Part shown: piece by piece, positions 56,096 through 64,000 of the stretch
Layout: every line of letters starts with the position of its first letter
How positions within the stretch are numbered: the first letter of the stretch is position 1
From: Chloroflexota bacterium
GTDB taxonomy: Bacteria > Chloroflexota > Limnocylindria > Limnocylindrales > CSP1-4
DNA length: 64,000 nucleotides
Assembly (NCBI GenBank): GCA_003141455.1
Contig: PLMA01000026.1
Location: 10,701 to 74,700 of the forward strand
Direction: 5' to 3'
The notes under the pieces: model-generated
What the model saw: only the letters and a program-made list of their open reading frames with translations
What the model was told of the DNA's origin: nothing
Databases searched by the model: none
Translations under genes and position numbers: made by a program

Positions 56096-57745
56096 CTAGG
56101 CCCCGGCGCCCGCCGCCGCAAGGGCATGAGTCACGACCATCTGAGCCTCGCCGAGCAGGAGCTGCAGATGCTCCTCGCCCAGGAAACTCTCGGCGTAGAC
56201 CTTGTACACCTCCTCCGTCCCGGAGGGGCGGGCCGCGAACCAGCCGTGCTCGGTAATGACCTTGACCCCGCCGATCGGCGCGTCGTTGCCGGGCGCTCGA
56301 GTGAGCACGGCGACGATGGGCTCTCCGGCAAGCTCCGATGCCTCGATCTGGGTCGGTGAGAGCCTGGCCAGAACCGCCTGCTGTTCGCGTGTGGCAGGGG
56401 CGTCGATGCGCCGGTAGGCGGGTGCTCCGAACCGCGCCGTCAGCTCGCCATACGCGACGGCCGGGTCGTGCCCGCTACGCGCGGTCAGTTCGGCGGCGAG
56501 CAGGCAGGCGATCAGGCCGTCCTTGTCGCTCGTCCAGACCGTCCCGTCGCGGCGCAGGAACGAGGCGCCGGCGCTCTCCTCTCCCCCGAACCCGAGCGAG
56601 CCGTCGACCAGTCCGGCCACGAACCACTTGAAACCGACCGGGACCTCGAGCAACTTGCGGGGGAGCTCAGCCGCGACGCGGTCGAGCATGCCAGTGGAGA
56701 CAAGCGTCTTGCCGACGGCCACGTCCGGACGCCAATCTCGGTTCCGATACACGTATGCGACCGCCGCGGAGAGGAAGTGATTCGGATTCATCAGCCCGGC
56801 CGTTGCGGTCACGATGCCGTGGCGGTCCGCGTCCGTGTCGTTGGCGAAGGCCACGTCGAAGCGGTCTTTCAGGGCCACCAGTCGGGCCATCGCGTAGGGC
56901 GACGAAGGATCCATTCGGATCCGGCCGTCCCAATCGACGGTCATGAAGCCGAACTGGGGATCGACGACCTCGTTGGTGACGGTCAGATCGAGGCGGTACC
57001 GGTCGCGGATGGCGGGCCAGTAGCCGACGCTCGCGCCTCCGAGGGGATCCACGCCCAGCTTCAGGCCGGAGGCCCCGATGGCCTCCATGTCGACGACTCG
57101 CGCCAGGTCGGCGACGTAGACCCCCGTGAAGTCGTAGCGTCCGACCTCGCGCACGGCGCGCTCGTACGGCAGGCGCCGGACCCCCGCCAGCCGGGCCGCG
57201 AGCAGCTCGTTGGCCGCGTCCTGGATCGCCCCGGTCACGTCGGTGTCGGCCGGACCGCCGCTGGGCGGGTTGTACTTGAACCCTCCATCCTCCGGTGGGT
57301 TGTGGGAAGGAGTGACGACGACGCCGTCGGCGAGGCCTACTTCGCGATCGCGGTTGTAGGTGAGGATCGCGTGCGAGACGGAGGGCGTAGGCGTCAAGCC
57401 GTCGGCGCTGTCGACCAACACCGAAACGCCGTTCGCGACCAGGACCTCGATGGCGGATCGCGTCGCCGGCTCGGAGAGGGCGTGGCTGTCGCGGCCGATG
57501 AAGAGCGGCCCGCTCGTTCCCTGGGCCTGCCGGTAGCGGCAGATGGCCTCGGTCGTGGCCAGAATGTGGTCCTCGTTGAAGGAGGCGTTCAGCGACGAGC
57601 CCCGGTGCCCCGAGGTGCCGAAGGCGACCGCCTGAGCCCGCACGTTTGGATCGGGGTGGATGTCGTAGTAGGCCGCGATGAGCCGGTCGACGTCGACCAG
57701 CATCGATGGCTCCGCGGGCTTGCCCGCCCGGTCGCTGACTTCCAC
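56096..57745 (-). CDS. pgm: Phosphoglucomutase (alpha-D-glucose phosphate-specific)
   Basis: 'FGTSGHRG', 'TPSHNPP', 'DTDADRHGI', 'VGFKWF', 'GEESAG', 'RPSGTE'. Confidence 0.96.
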   Translation of the reverse strand: MEVSDRAGKPAEPSMLVDVDRLIAAYYDIHPDPNVRAQAVAFGTSGHRGSSLNASFNEDHILATTEAICRYRQAQGTSGPLFIGRDSHALSEPATRSAIEVLVANGVSVLVDSADGLTPTPSVSHAILTYNRDREVGLADGVVVTPSHNPPEDGGFKYNPPSGGPADTDVTGAIQDAANELLAARLAGVRRLPYERAVREVGRYDFTGVYVADLARVVDMEAIGASGLKLGVDPLGGASVGYWPAIRDRYRLDLTVTNEVVDPQFGFMTVDWDGRIRMDPSSPYAMARLVALKDRFDVAFANDTDADRHGIVTATAGLMNPNHFLSAAVAYVYRNRDWRPDVAVGKTLVSTGMLDRVAAELPRKLLEVPVGFKWFVAGLVDGSLGFGGEESAGASFLRRDGTVWTSDKDGLIACLLAAELTARSGHDPAVAYGELTARFGAPAYRRIDAPATREQQAVLARLSPTQIEASELAGEPIVAVLTRAPGNDAPIGGVKVITEHGWFAARPSGTEEVYKVYAESFLGEEHLQLLLGEAQMVVTHALAAAGAGA

Positions 57746-57844
57746 GCCTAGCCCCTTGCTCGTTGGCCCGTTGTTCGGCCTGCGGAGGGCATGATGACGC
57801 GCCTGGTTCCGAGAGACCAGCCCGTGCGGTCGGTGGAGCTCCGC

Positions 57845-58258
57845 CTAGATGGCCCGCATCCGGTTGTTCTTGGCGTTGTGCTCGACCTCGGCCAGTCCGA
57901 GCGCTTCCATGAGCGGCGGCACGTACATGCCGAACCGGCCGCGCAGGCCTTTCTTGAGGCCATACCAACCGCCGACGGGGTTCCCCGACGAGCGGCCCCA
58001 GGCTTCCACGGTGCCGTCTGCCGCGGGCTTCTGTTCGTCCGCGCTGCCGAGCGGGACCCAGTCGCCGCGCTCCTTGAGCATCGCGTGGAGATCGTCCAGG
58101 CAGCGGAGCTGGTAGCGCAGAACCGTAGTGCCAACCGTGCAGACGAGGGCCGGTGGATCAGAGCTCTCGTCCCGGTACATCTCGTAGGCGGAGGTTCCGC
58201 TGGGCGTCTTGAGCTGCCACGGCCGCGCCCGCGTGCCGTCGCCTTCGACCTTGTCCAT
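57845..58258 (-). CDS. Conserved hypothetical protein (DUF6855-like)
   Basis: 'PWQLKTPSG', 'LGSADEQKPA..GTVEAWGRS..NPVGGWYGLKKG.RGRFGMY.PP'; SD GAGG. Family name from recall only. Confidence 0.7.
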   Translation of the reverse strand: MDKVEGDGTRARPWQLKTPSGTSAYEMYRDESSDPPALVCTVGTTVLRYQLRCLDDLHAMLKERGDWVPLGSADEQKPAADGTVEAWGRSSGNPVGGWYGLKKGLRGRFGMYVPPLMEALGLAEVEHNAKNNRMRAI

Positions 58259-58424
58259 GTGTACTTCGTCCTCTCGCTCGACCGAATGTGCTTGCGATCG
58301 TAGCGAAGGGCGGCCGAGCGATCCCGCGCGGGACCACCCGATGCGACACGTGGTCGCGCGGCGGACTCACGCCGATTGCGCGGACCGGCCGCGAGGGCCA
58401 CGGCCGAAGCGGGCGGCCCCGCGC

Positions 58425-59444
58425 TCACCAGGGGAAGGTCAGCGCTGTGGCAGTCTGGGCCCCGCCCAGGAATGGCAGCCCCCAGGCCAGCTCGATCGTG
58501 CGAAGCATCGAGTAGTGGTTGGTCGGCGCGTCCTGGCGGGATCCGGGCGACATTCCCGGAGTGACGGCGATCGTGGCGACGCGGCCGCCGCCCTTGAGAT
58601 TCGTCGACCCCTCGTCCCAGGTGATGAAGAGGACCGAGTTCCCGAAGGCCGCGCTGCCCGTGATCTCGGGTACGAAGGTTCGCAGGAAGACGTCTCCGGC
58701 TTCGGTCGAGCTGCTATGCATGTCGTTGATCTGGTTGGGGACGATGAACTCGAAGTTCGCGGCCGCGGGGTCGAATCCGGCCAGCCCGGTGATGTTCGCG
58801 CAGCGAGTCGGATTGCCGCTGATGGTCGTGTAGCTGATCGCCGGGTTGTGCTTGCGGACGTACTCGCCAGCGGCGCCGGGGCCGTCGACCACCGGGTTCG
58901 CGATCGAGCCCTGGAAGCACTTCCCGGGGTAGCCCTGCGCGTACACGTGCCAGGTGCGGCCGGAGACTTCGATCTGGTCGAAGAGGTTCGGGACGGTCAG
59001 GTCGTAGGCGCCGTCGCTGCTGGTGCCCTGAAGACCGCCCGAGGTGAGGGCGATGTAGTTGGGCTCAGACGGATGAGTCTCGGCATAGAACTGGGTGGCC
59101 AGGCCATACCGGGCAATCAGCGAGTTGAGATACGGCGCCGAGCTCGACCCCACGATGCTCGAGTACTCCTTGTTCTCCATGACGATCACGTAGACATGGC
59201 GGAAGTTCGGCACGCCGCCGCTCGTCGGGGAGGGCAATGGCGTCGGCGAGGCCGGGGATGCGGCCGAACCGGCGGCCGGCGGCGAAGTCGTGCCGGTGGC
59301 GGCCGGCGTCGTGACGACTGAACTCGGCACTACCGTTGCGTTCGGTGTGGTCCGCCCGCCGCTGCATGCCGAGAGCGCCAGCGCCGCGCACAGCGCCGCC
59401 AGGGCAAGCCGTGCAGTCGATCGATGCCGGATCTCGTGCCTCAT
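58425..59444 (-). CDS. Phosphoesterase-family (acid phosphatase) lipoprotein
   Basis: Lipobox 'LSAC'; 'VIVMEN', 'HPSEPNY', 'YVRKHNP', 'DMH', 'ITWDE', 'NHYS.LRTIE'. Confidence 0.88.
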   Translation of the reverse strand: MRHEIRHRSTARLALAALCAALALSACSGGRTTPNATVVPSSVVTTPAATGTTSPPAAGSAASPASPTPLPSPTSGGVPNFRHVYVIVMENKEYSSIVGSSSAPYLNSLIARYGLATQFYAETHPSEPNYIALTSGGLQGTSSDGAYDLTVPNLFDQIEVSGRTWHVYAQGYPGKCFQGSIANPVVDGPGAAGEYVRKHNPAISYTTISGNPTRCANITGLAGFDPAAANFEFIVPNQINDMHSSSTEAGDVFLRTFVPEITGSAAFGNSVLFITWDEGSTNLKGGGRVATIAVTPGMSPGSRQDAPTNHYSMLRTIELAWGLPFLGGAQTATALTFPW

Positions 59445-59887
59445 GCCGGTCCCGAGCTGCCGGCGTGGCGCAGCCGGTCCGGCAGCGAACTCGCCGCCGC
59501 GGCCAACAGGAATGGTCCGGCCAGCGCTGCAATCATCATCCAGTTGGCCGCCGTCATTCCGAAGTAGACCGGCAGCACGTAGCCGCCCGCCGGGTCGCCG
59601 CATCCGCACGCGGCGCGAGCGCCGTAGAAGACGAGCAGCACCAATGCGTCCAGGGTCCAAAGCATGGCGACGACCGTCGCGAGCAACCGTCGCCGAAGGG
59701 ACCACATCGCTCCGGCCGGAACCGCGATGAAGATCAGATCCACGACGCTCTCGAAGCCGAGGTTTCTGGTGGCAACGTCCGCGCCGCCCATTCCGGTGTC
59801 TACGAGGCCTCCGCCCGCGCCGATCCCCGCCAGCACGGCGGCCAGGCCGACCAGCATCGAGCGGGGCAAATCGATCTTCCTGGTCAC
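59441..59887 (-). CDS. Small four-TM membrane protein
   Basis: Four hydrophobic segments with a 'CGC' loop; stop overlaps the phosphoesterase start; TAGACT lies 7 nt before the GTG. Confidence 0.6.
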   Translation of the reverse strand: MTRKIDLPRSMLVGLAAVLAGIGAGGGLVDTGMGGADVATRNLGFESVVDLIFIAVPAGAMWSLRRRLLATVVAMLWTLDALVLLVFYGARAACGCGDPAGGYVLPVYFGMTAANWMMIAALAGPFLLAAAASSLPDRLRHAGSSGPA

Positions 59888-59981
59888 GAGCCCGAGTCTA
59901 CGCCCGGCAGATCGCTGCCGGCGCGCCGCCACCACCCTCGAGGAAGTCGGGACGATCGGCGGGGTAGCTGGACGGCCGTTG

Positions 59982-61640
59982 TCACTCGGCCGCCCCGGAT
60001 GCCGTCCCGGCGGGCCCACGGGCAAGACCCACCCTGGCCGCCTGTTCGGCGTGGAAGTGGGCCCGCAGCGGCTTCTCTTTCAGTGCCAGGGTCGTCACGA
60101 ACGCCAGCGCGGCCGCGCCCACGCCCACCCACATCGAGTTGGCCAGGGCGATGGAGAAGGCCTCGTGGAAGCCGGAGATGTAGAACCCAACCAACTGCTG
60201 TGGTATGCCCGCCAGCGCGTCCGCGGGTGTGCTGCCGACCGCCGTCAGGCTTCCGACGTCGAAGCCTTTCGGGGCCGTCGGGGGGACCGCGCTCGAAGGC
60301 GCGCCGGCCCCGACGACCGAGTCGTGGATCAGACCCCAGGTGAGGTTGTTGCGGAAGAACGTGAAGGCGACCGTCAGCCCGAGCGAAGTGCCGATCTGGC
60401 GGATGAGGGTCAGGTCGCTGGTGGCCGTGCCCAGCCGCGCGAAGGGTACGTCGTTCTGCACGATCAAGGTGAAGATGGCCATGGTTGGTCCAACGCCGAG
60501 ACCGGCGATCAGCATCCAGGCCCACAGCGCGGGCGTGGACGTGTCGTCGCGCAGGTTGGTGAAGAGCGCCAGACCGATGGTCAGGGCCGCCATGGCGACA
60601 GCGAGCATGGCCTTGTAGCGGCCGGTTCGACTGACGATCTGGCCGGCCAGGATCGAGCTGAAGATCAGCCCGGCGAGGAACGGGAACAGGGCATAGCCGG
60701 AGGCCGTGGGACTGTCGCCCTTGACGACCTGGAACCACAACGGCAGGAAGATGATCAGCGTCGAGAACCCGAAGATGGCGAACAGAGTCGCCACCGCCGA
60801 CACCGCGAAGGTTCGGTTCTTGAACAGGTCGAGCGGGATGACCGGGTCTTCGGCGCGGGTCTCGGCGAAGAGGAAGGCCGCGAGCGAGATCAGGCCGACG
60901 GCGAACCAGCCAAGGACTGCCGGGTCCACCCAGCTGCTGGTTTCGGCCAGCGTCAGGGCGATGAGGGTCGGCACGATGGCCCCGGTCAGAAGCACAACTC
61001 CGGGGATGTCGAGGGTGAAACGGGCGCCGGCAGTGCGCACGGTCGGCAGCAGGCGGCCGATGAGATAGAGGGAGACGAACCCGATCGGCACGTTGACGAA
61101 GAAGATCCAGTGCCAGGAGATGTGTTCGGTGAGCAGGCCGCCGACGGCCGGTCCAACGAGGAAAGCAATGCCAAAGACGGCGCCGAACAGGCCCTGATAC
61201 TTGCCTCTCTCGGCCGGGGTGAAGAGGTCGCCGATTACCGCCAGCGAGATCGGGAAGAGCGCTCCGGCGCCCAGCCCCTGAACGCCACGGAAGAGGATCA
61301 ACTGCCACATCGTCTGGCTGATACCGGACAGGATCGAGCCGACCAGGAAGAGGCAAATGCCGACGACCAGCATCGGCTTGCGCCCGTAGAGATCGGACAG
61401 CTTGCCGTACACGGGGATGGCGGCGGTGCTCGTGACCAGGTATGCGGTCACGACCCAGGTGTAGAGGTCGATTCCGTTGAGATCCTTGGCGATCGTCGGC
61501 AGCACGGGTCCGACGATCGTCTGGTCGAGCGCGCCGAGGAAGAGCGCGAGCAGGATCGCGCCGAGGATCTCGAACCGGGCGCGGGAGTCGACCTCAACCG
61601 CCGCATGAACTGTCTCTTCCTGGCCGTTACCCGATGTCAT
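59982..61640 (-). CDS. DHA2 (EmrB/QacA-family) 14-TM MFS efflux pump
   Basis: 'LGALDQTIV', 'WVVTAYL', 'GKLSDLYGRK', 'GPAVGG', 'WIFFVNVPIG'; SD AAGGAG. Confidence 0.92.
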   Translation of the reverse strand: MTSGNGQEETVHAAVEVDSRARFEILGAILLALFLGALDQTIVGPVLPTIAKDLNGIDLYTWVVTAYLVTSTAAIPVYGKLSDLYGRKPMLVVGICLFLVGSILSGISQTMWQLILFRGVQGLGAGALFPISLAVIGDLFTPAERGKYQGLFGAVFGIAFLVGPAVGGLLTEHISWHWIFFVNVPIGFVSLYLIGRLLPTVRTAGARFTLDIPGVVLLTGAIVPTLIALTLAETSSWVDPAVLGWFAVGLISLAAFLFAETRAEDPVIPLDLFKNRTFAVSAVATLFAIFGFSTLIIFLPLWFQVVKGDSPTASGYALFPFLAGLIFSSILAGQIVSRTGRYKAMLAVAMAALTIGLALFTNLRDDTSTPALWAWMLIAGLGVGPTMAIFTLIVQNDVPFARLGTATSDLTLIRQIGTSLGLTVAFTFFRNNLTWGLIHDSVVGAGAPSSAVPPTAPKGFDVGSLTAVGSTPADALAGIPQQLVGFYISGFHEAFSIALANSMWVGVGAAALAFVTTLALKEKPLRAHFHAEQAARVGLARGPAGTASGAAE

Positions 61641-61919
61641 TGGCTCTCCTTGCGCATGTGATCTCTCTGCGTCCGGCCAATCATCAGGGTGAAGTCGGCT
61701 TGCGAAGGACGATCGAAGATGCTGTCGAAAAGTGATGTGGAACGGGCCATAGGTTAAGACAGACGCGGGAATCCGTCGCGCGGCTGTCCAGTCGGTGGCG
61801 CCCTGCGCGTCCAAAGTTGGCGCATCGACGAACCTTGGATTGCCTAGCGGAATGTCGCCTGTCGAGCAACGCTCAGCGTACTCGCCGCGCCCAGACCTCG
61901 ATCAGGGCCGAGTCCGACT

Positions 61920-62792
61920 TCAGACGAACGCGGCGGCAGCGTAGCCCACCGTCCGGCGGGGATCGCCACCCGCGTCCGCGGAGGTCGCGGCGCCCAGGAG
62001 GATGCCGCGCACGGCGCCCATCTCCGCCAGCGCGGCCAGGGTCACCCGGACCGGGTCGATGCCGCACAGTCCGCAGACCAGCCCGGGCAGCTTGTCTCGC
62101 CGGAGCTTCGCGTCCAGGCCGTTGAGAGCGTCGGCGTTCAGTCGCAGAAGCGGCTCGAGCAGCTCCGCGTCCGCCACTTCGCAGACTCGGGCCGGCGGGT
62201 AGTGGGCCATGTCCGAGCTGGCCACGAGGAGGATTCGTTCTCCGGCAGCGCGCCGCCTGGCCAGCAGCCGGCCCAGGAGGAGGCCCGCCTGGGCATGAGC
62301 CCCAAGTCGCGGGCTGACTGCCAGCGGGACTATGCGCGCCGCCGGGCACGCCGCGGAAAGGAGTGGCAGCTGGACCTCGAGAGAGTGCTCCGTCAAATGC
62401 GCATCGGTGTCGGCCGCGAAGAAGGGGCCCAGGGCCGCGATCCGGGTCGCCAGGTCGTTGTCTATCGGGACCTCGCCGAGGGGAGTTCGCCAGGGACCGC
62501 CGGTCCAGACGCCGACGCCTCGAGCCGAGGCCTGATGATCAGTGCCGGCCAGCACGATGGTCGCCGGCCCCATCTCCCCTGCCAGTGCCCAGCTCAGCGC
62601 TGCCACGGCGCCCGAGTAGACCAGACCGGCATGCGGCACCAGCAGCCCCAGCACTGCAGAGGGCACGAGCTTCGCAGGTTTGGGCGTTCTCCTTGCCGCG
62701 GTCATCAGCTCCTCGACCATGGCCCGGAGTCGGGCCGGGTCCGCCGGGTAGAAGCTTCCGGCCACGGCCGGAGCCCGGGACTCGCCACTCAT
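61920..62792 (-). CDS. amrB: AmmeMemoRadiSam system protein B (MEMO1 family)
   Basis: 'RAPAVAGSFYP', 'PHAG..YSG', 'TPLG', 'EHSLEVQLP', 'ASSDMAHY', 'VGYAA'. Confidence 0.9.
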   Translation of the reverse strand: MSGESRAPAVAGSFYPADPARLRAMVEELMTAARRTPKPAKLVPSAVLGLLVPHAGLVYSGAVAALSWALAGEMGPATIVLAGTDHQASARGVGVWTGGPWRTPLGEVPIDNDLATRIAALGPFFAADTDAHLTEHSLEVQLPLLSAACPAARIVPLAVSPRLGAHAQAGLLLGRLLARRRAAGERILLVASSDMAHYPPARVCEVADAELLEPLLRLNADALNGLDAKLRRDKLPGLVCGLCGIDPVRVTLAALAEMGAVRGILLGAATSADAGGDPRRTVGYAAAAFV

Positions 62793-63871
62793 CGGACCGC
62801 CGCCGCGGCGTCGAACTCGACCAGGCCTACCCCCGCCAGCGTCCGGCCGCAGTGCACGCATCGGCCCTCGGCCAGCCCCGCTCGGGATGCCCGGAATCCC
62901 CGACGCCGGATCAGGGTCGCGCCGCAGCCCGCACAGTGGGTGTCTTGGTCGCCATCGTTCACGTTACCCGAGTAGACGTGGCGCAGTCCGGCGGCCTGCC
63001 CGATCTCGACGGTCCGTTCCACGGTCGCCTCTGGAGTCGGGTCCAGATCGGTAAGGCGGTAGGTCGGGAAGAAGCGGCTGACGTGCCAGGGCGTCTCCGG
63101 CCCGAGCTCGGCCGCGATCCAGCGGGCGAGCGCGGCGAGTCCGTCCGGGTCGTCGTTCAAGCCCGGGATCAGGAGCGTCGTCACCTCCACCCAGATGCCG
63201 CGTTGGCGCATCCCCACGAGGGCGGCCAGGATCGGGGCCAGACGTGCGCCGCACACCTTCCGGTAGAAGCGGTCGTCGAACGACTTGAGATCGACGTTGG
63301 CGGCCTCGATCAGTGGGCCCAGCAGGTCGAGCGCCTCCGGTGTCTGGTAGCCGTTCGTGACCAGAAGGTTGGCAAGACCGGCCTCGGCGGCCAGCCGAGC
63401 GGTGTCGAGCACGTACTCGATGAAGATCGTCGGCTCCGTGTACGTGTAGGCAATGCTGCGCGATCCCGCCGCGCGAGCGGCGCTGACGACGTCTCGGGGA
63501 GCCAGGGCGAAGGACGGGGCGGCGAACCCGTCCCTCGCGGCCTGCGAGATGGCCCAGTTCTGGCAATGCAGGCAGTGGAAGTTGCAGCCTCGGGTGGCGA
63601 TCGAGTAGGCGACGCTGCCGGGGTAGACGTGGAAGAGAGGCTTCTTCTCGATGGGGTCGGCGTTGGCCGCCACGGCGCGTCCGTACACGAGCGTGACCAG
63701 AGCTCCGTCCCGATTCTCGCGGACGCGGCAGATCCCGGCCCGGCCGTTCCGGATCAGGCATCGGTGGGCGCAGGCGACGCACCGGACGGCGCCGTGCGGC
63801 TCGGATAGGCCCAGCACGGCGAGCCGGGCTGAGTTGCCGGTGAGTGGATGGGTCGGCGCTAGGGGCGGCAA
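62789..63871 (-). CDS. amrS: AmmeMemoRadiSam system radical SAM enzyme (start uncertain; frame open to 63985)
   Basis: 'C..C.HRC......G.CRVREN', 'DPIEKKPLFH', CxxxCxxC 'GCNFHCLHCQNW', 'AYTYTEP', 'VTNGY', C-terminal CxxC pairs. Confidence 0.92.
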   Translation of the reverse strand: MPPLAPTHPLTGNSARLAVLGLSEPHGAVRCVACAHRCLIRNGRAGICRVRENRDGALVTLVYGRAVAANADPIEKKPLFHVYPGSVAYSIATRGCNFHCLHCQNWAISQAARDGFAAPSFALAPRDVVSAARAAGSRSIAYTYTEPTIFIEYVLDTARLAAEAGLANLLVTNGYQTPEALDLLGPLIEAANVDLKSFDDRFYRKVCGARLAPILAALVGMRQRGIWVEVTTLLIPGLNDDPDGLAALARWIAAELGPETPWHVSRFFPTYRLTDLDPTPEATVERTVEIGQAAGLRHVYSGNVNDGDQDTHCAGCGATLIRRRGFRASRAGLAEGRCVHCGRTLAGVGLVEFDAAAAVR

Positions 63872-64000
63872 TGTGGCGGATTCCTCGGCCTGATGCTCGT
63901 CCCGAACCCGGGCCCGGGAAAGGGCCGAACGGCCCCAGAGCGCCGGCCCTAAAGCGAAGACCCGAACAGCGACACCGTTGGGCATGGTTGCCCGGCAAGT

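Noticed and set aside
1-64000. Many long alternative-frame and antisense ORFs in the track (e.g. 88-1098, 17300-19336, 20130-22904, 26282-28156, 49929-51965, 59664-61661)
   Set aside because: Arg/Gly/Pro-rich shadows of real genes, caused by stop-codon scarcity in high-GC DNA; no recognisable motifs.

Overview
High-GC bacterial chromosomal window. The gene set and style suggest Chloroflexota (Limnocylindria-like), which is an inference. It holds mostly housekeeping and envelope genes; I found no integrase, transposase, prophage or CRISPR array. In order it contains: a 5'-truncated tRNA-Thr(CGT), a secreted esterase, a GT87-like glycosyltransferase, an MFS transporter, an HD hydrolase, a nitrilase, a two-component pair, nth, a glycerate kinase / USP-GpgS / glycosylglycerate-synthase cluster, a catalytically dead ATP-dependent ligase domain, galE, a TPR protein, the CCA-adding enzyme, an HNH nuclease, tadE and a large tadG-like gene, an orphan response regulator, pdxS/pdxT, a Ycf45-like AAA-R3H protein, tmk, an ECF sigma/anti-sigma pair, a degenerate GGDEF protein, a c-di-AMP receptor, a NUDIX hydrolase, an Fe-ADH, a cobalamin riboswitch with its ECF transporter operon, a second GT87-like gene, an HTH-less LacI, aspC, malic enzyme, ald, pgm, a phosphoesterase, a DHA2 pump and amrB/amrS. 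The most unusual signals are: (1) a 232-nt intergenic fold-back (6173-6404) whose mismatches mostly become G-U pairs on the minus strand; (2) three paralogous tandem DUF6812-like proteins, possibly Sm/Hfq-fold, two of them near structured-RNA candidates; (3) a ligase pseudoenzyme; (4) a Tad adhesin whose vWA domain is split by five phage-like repeats; (5) a possible split 'transcobalamin' B12-capture pair; (6) apparently frequent leaderless genes. All calls come from motif reading by eye; no database searches were run.
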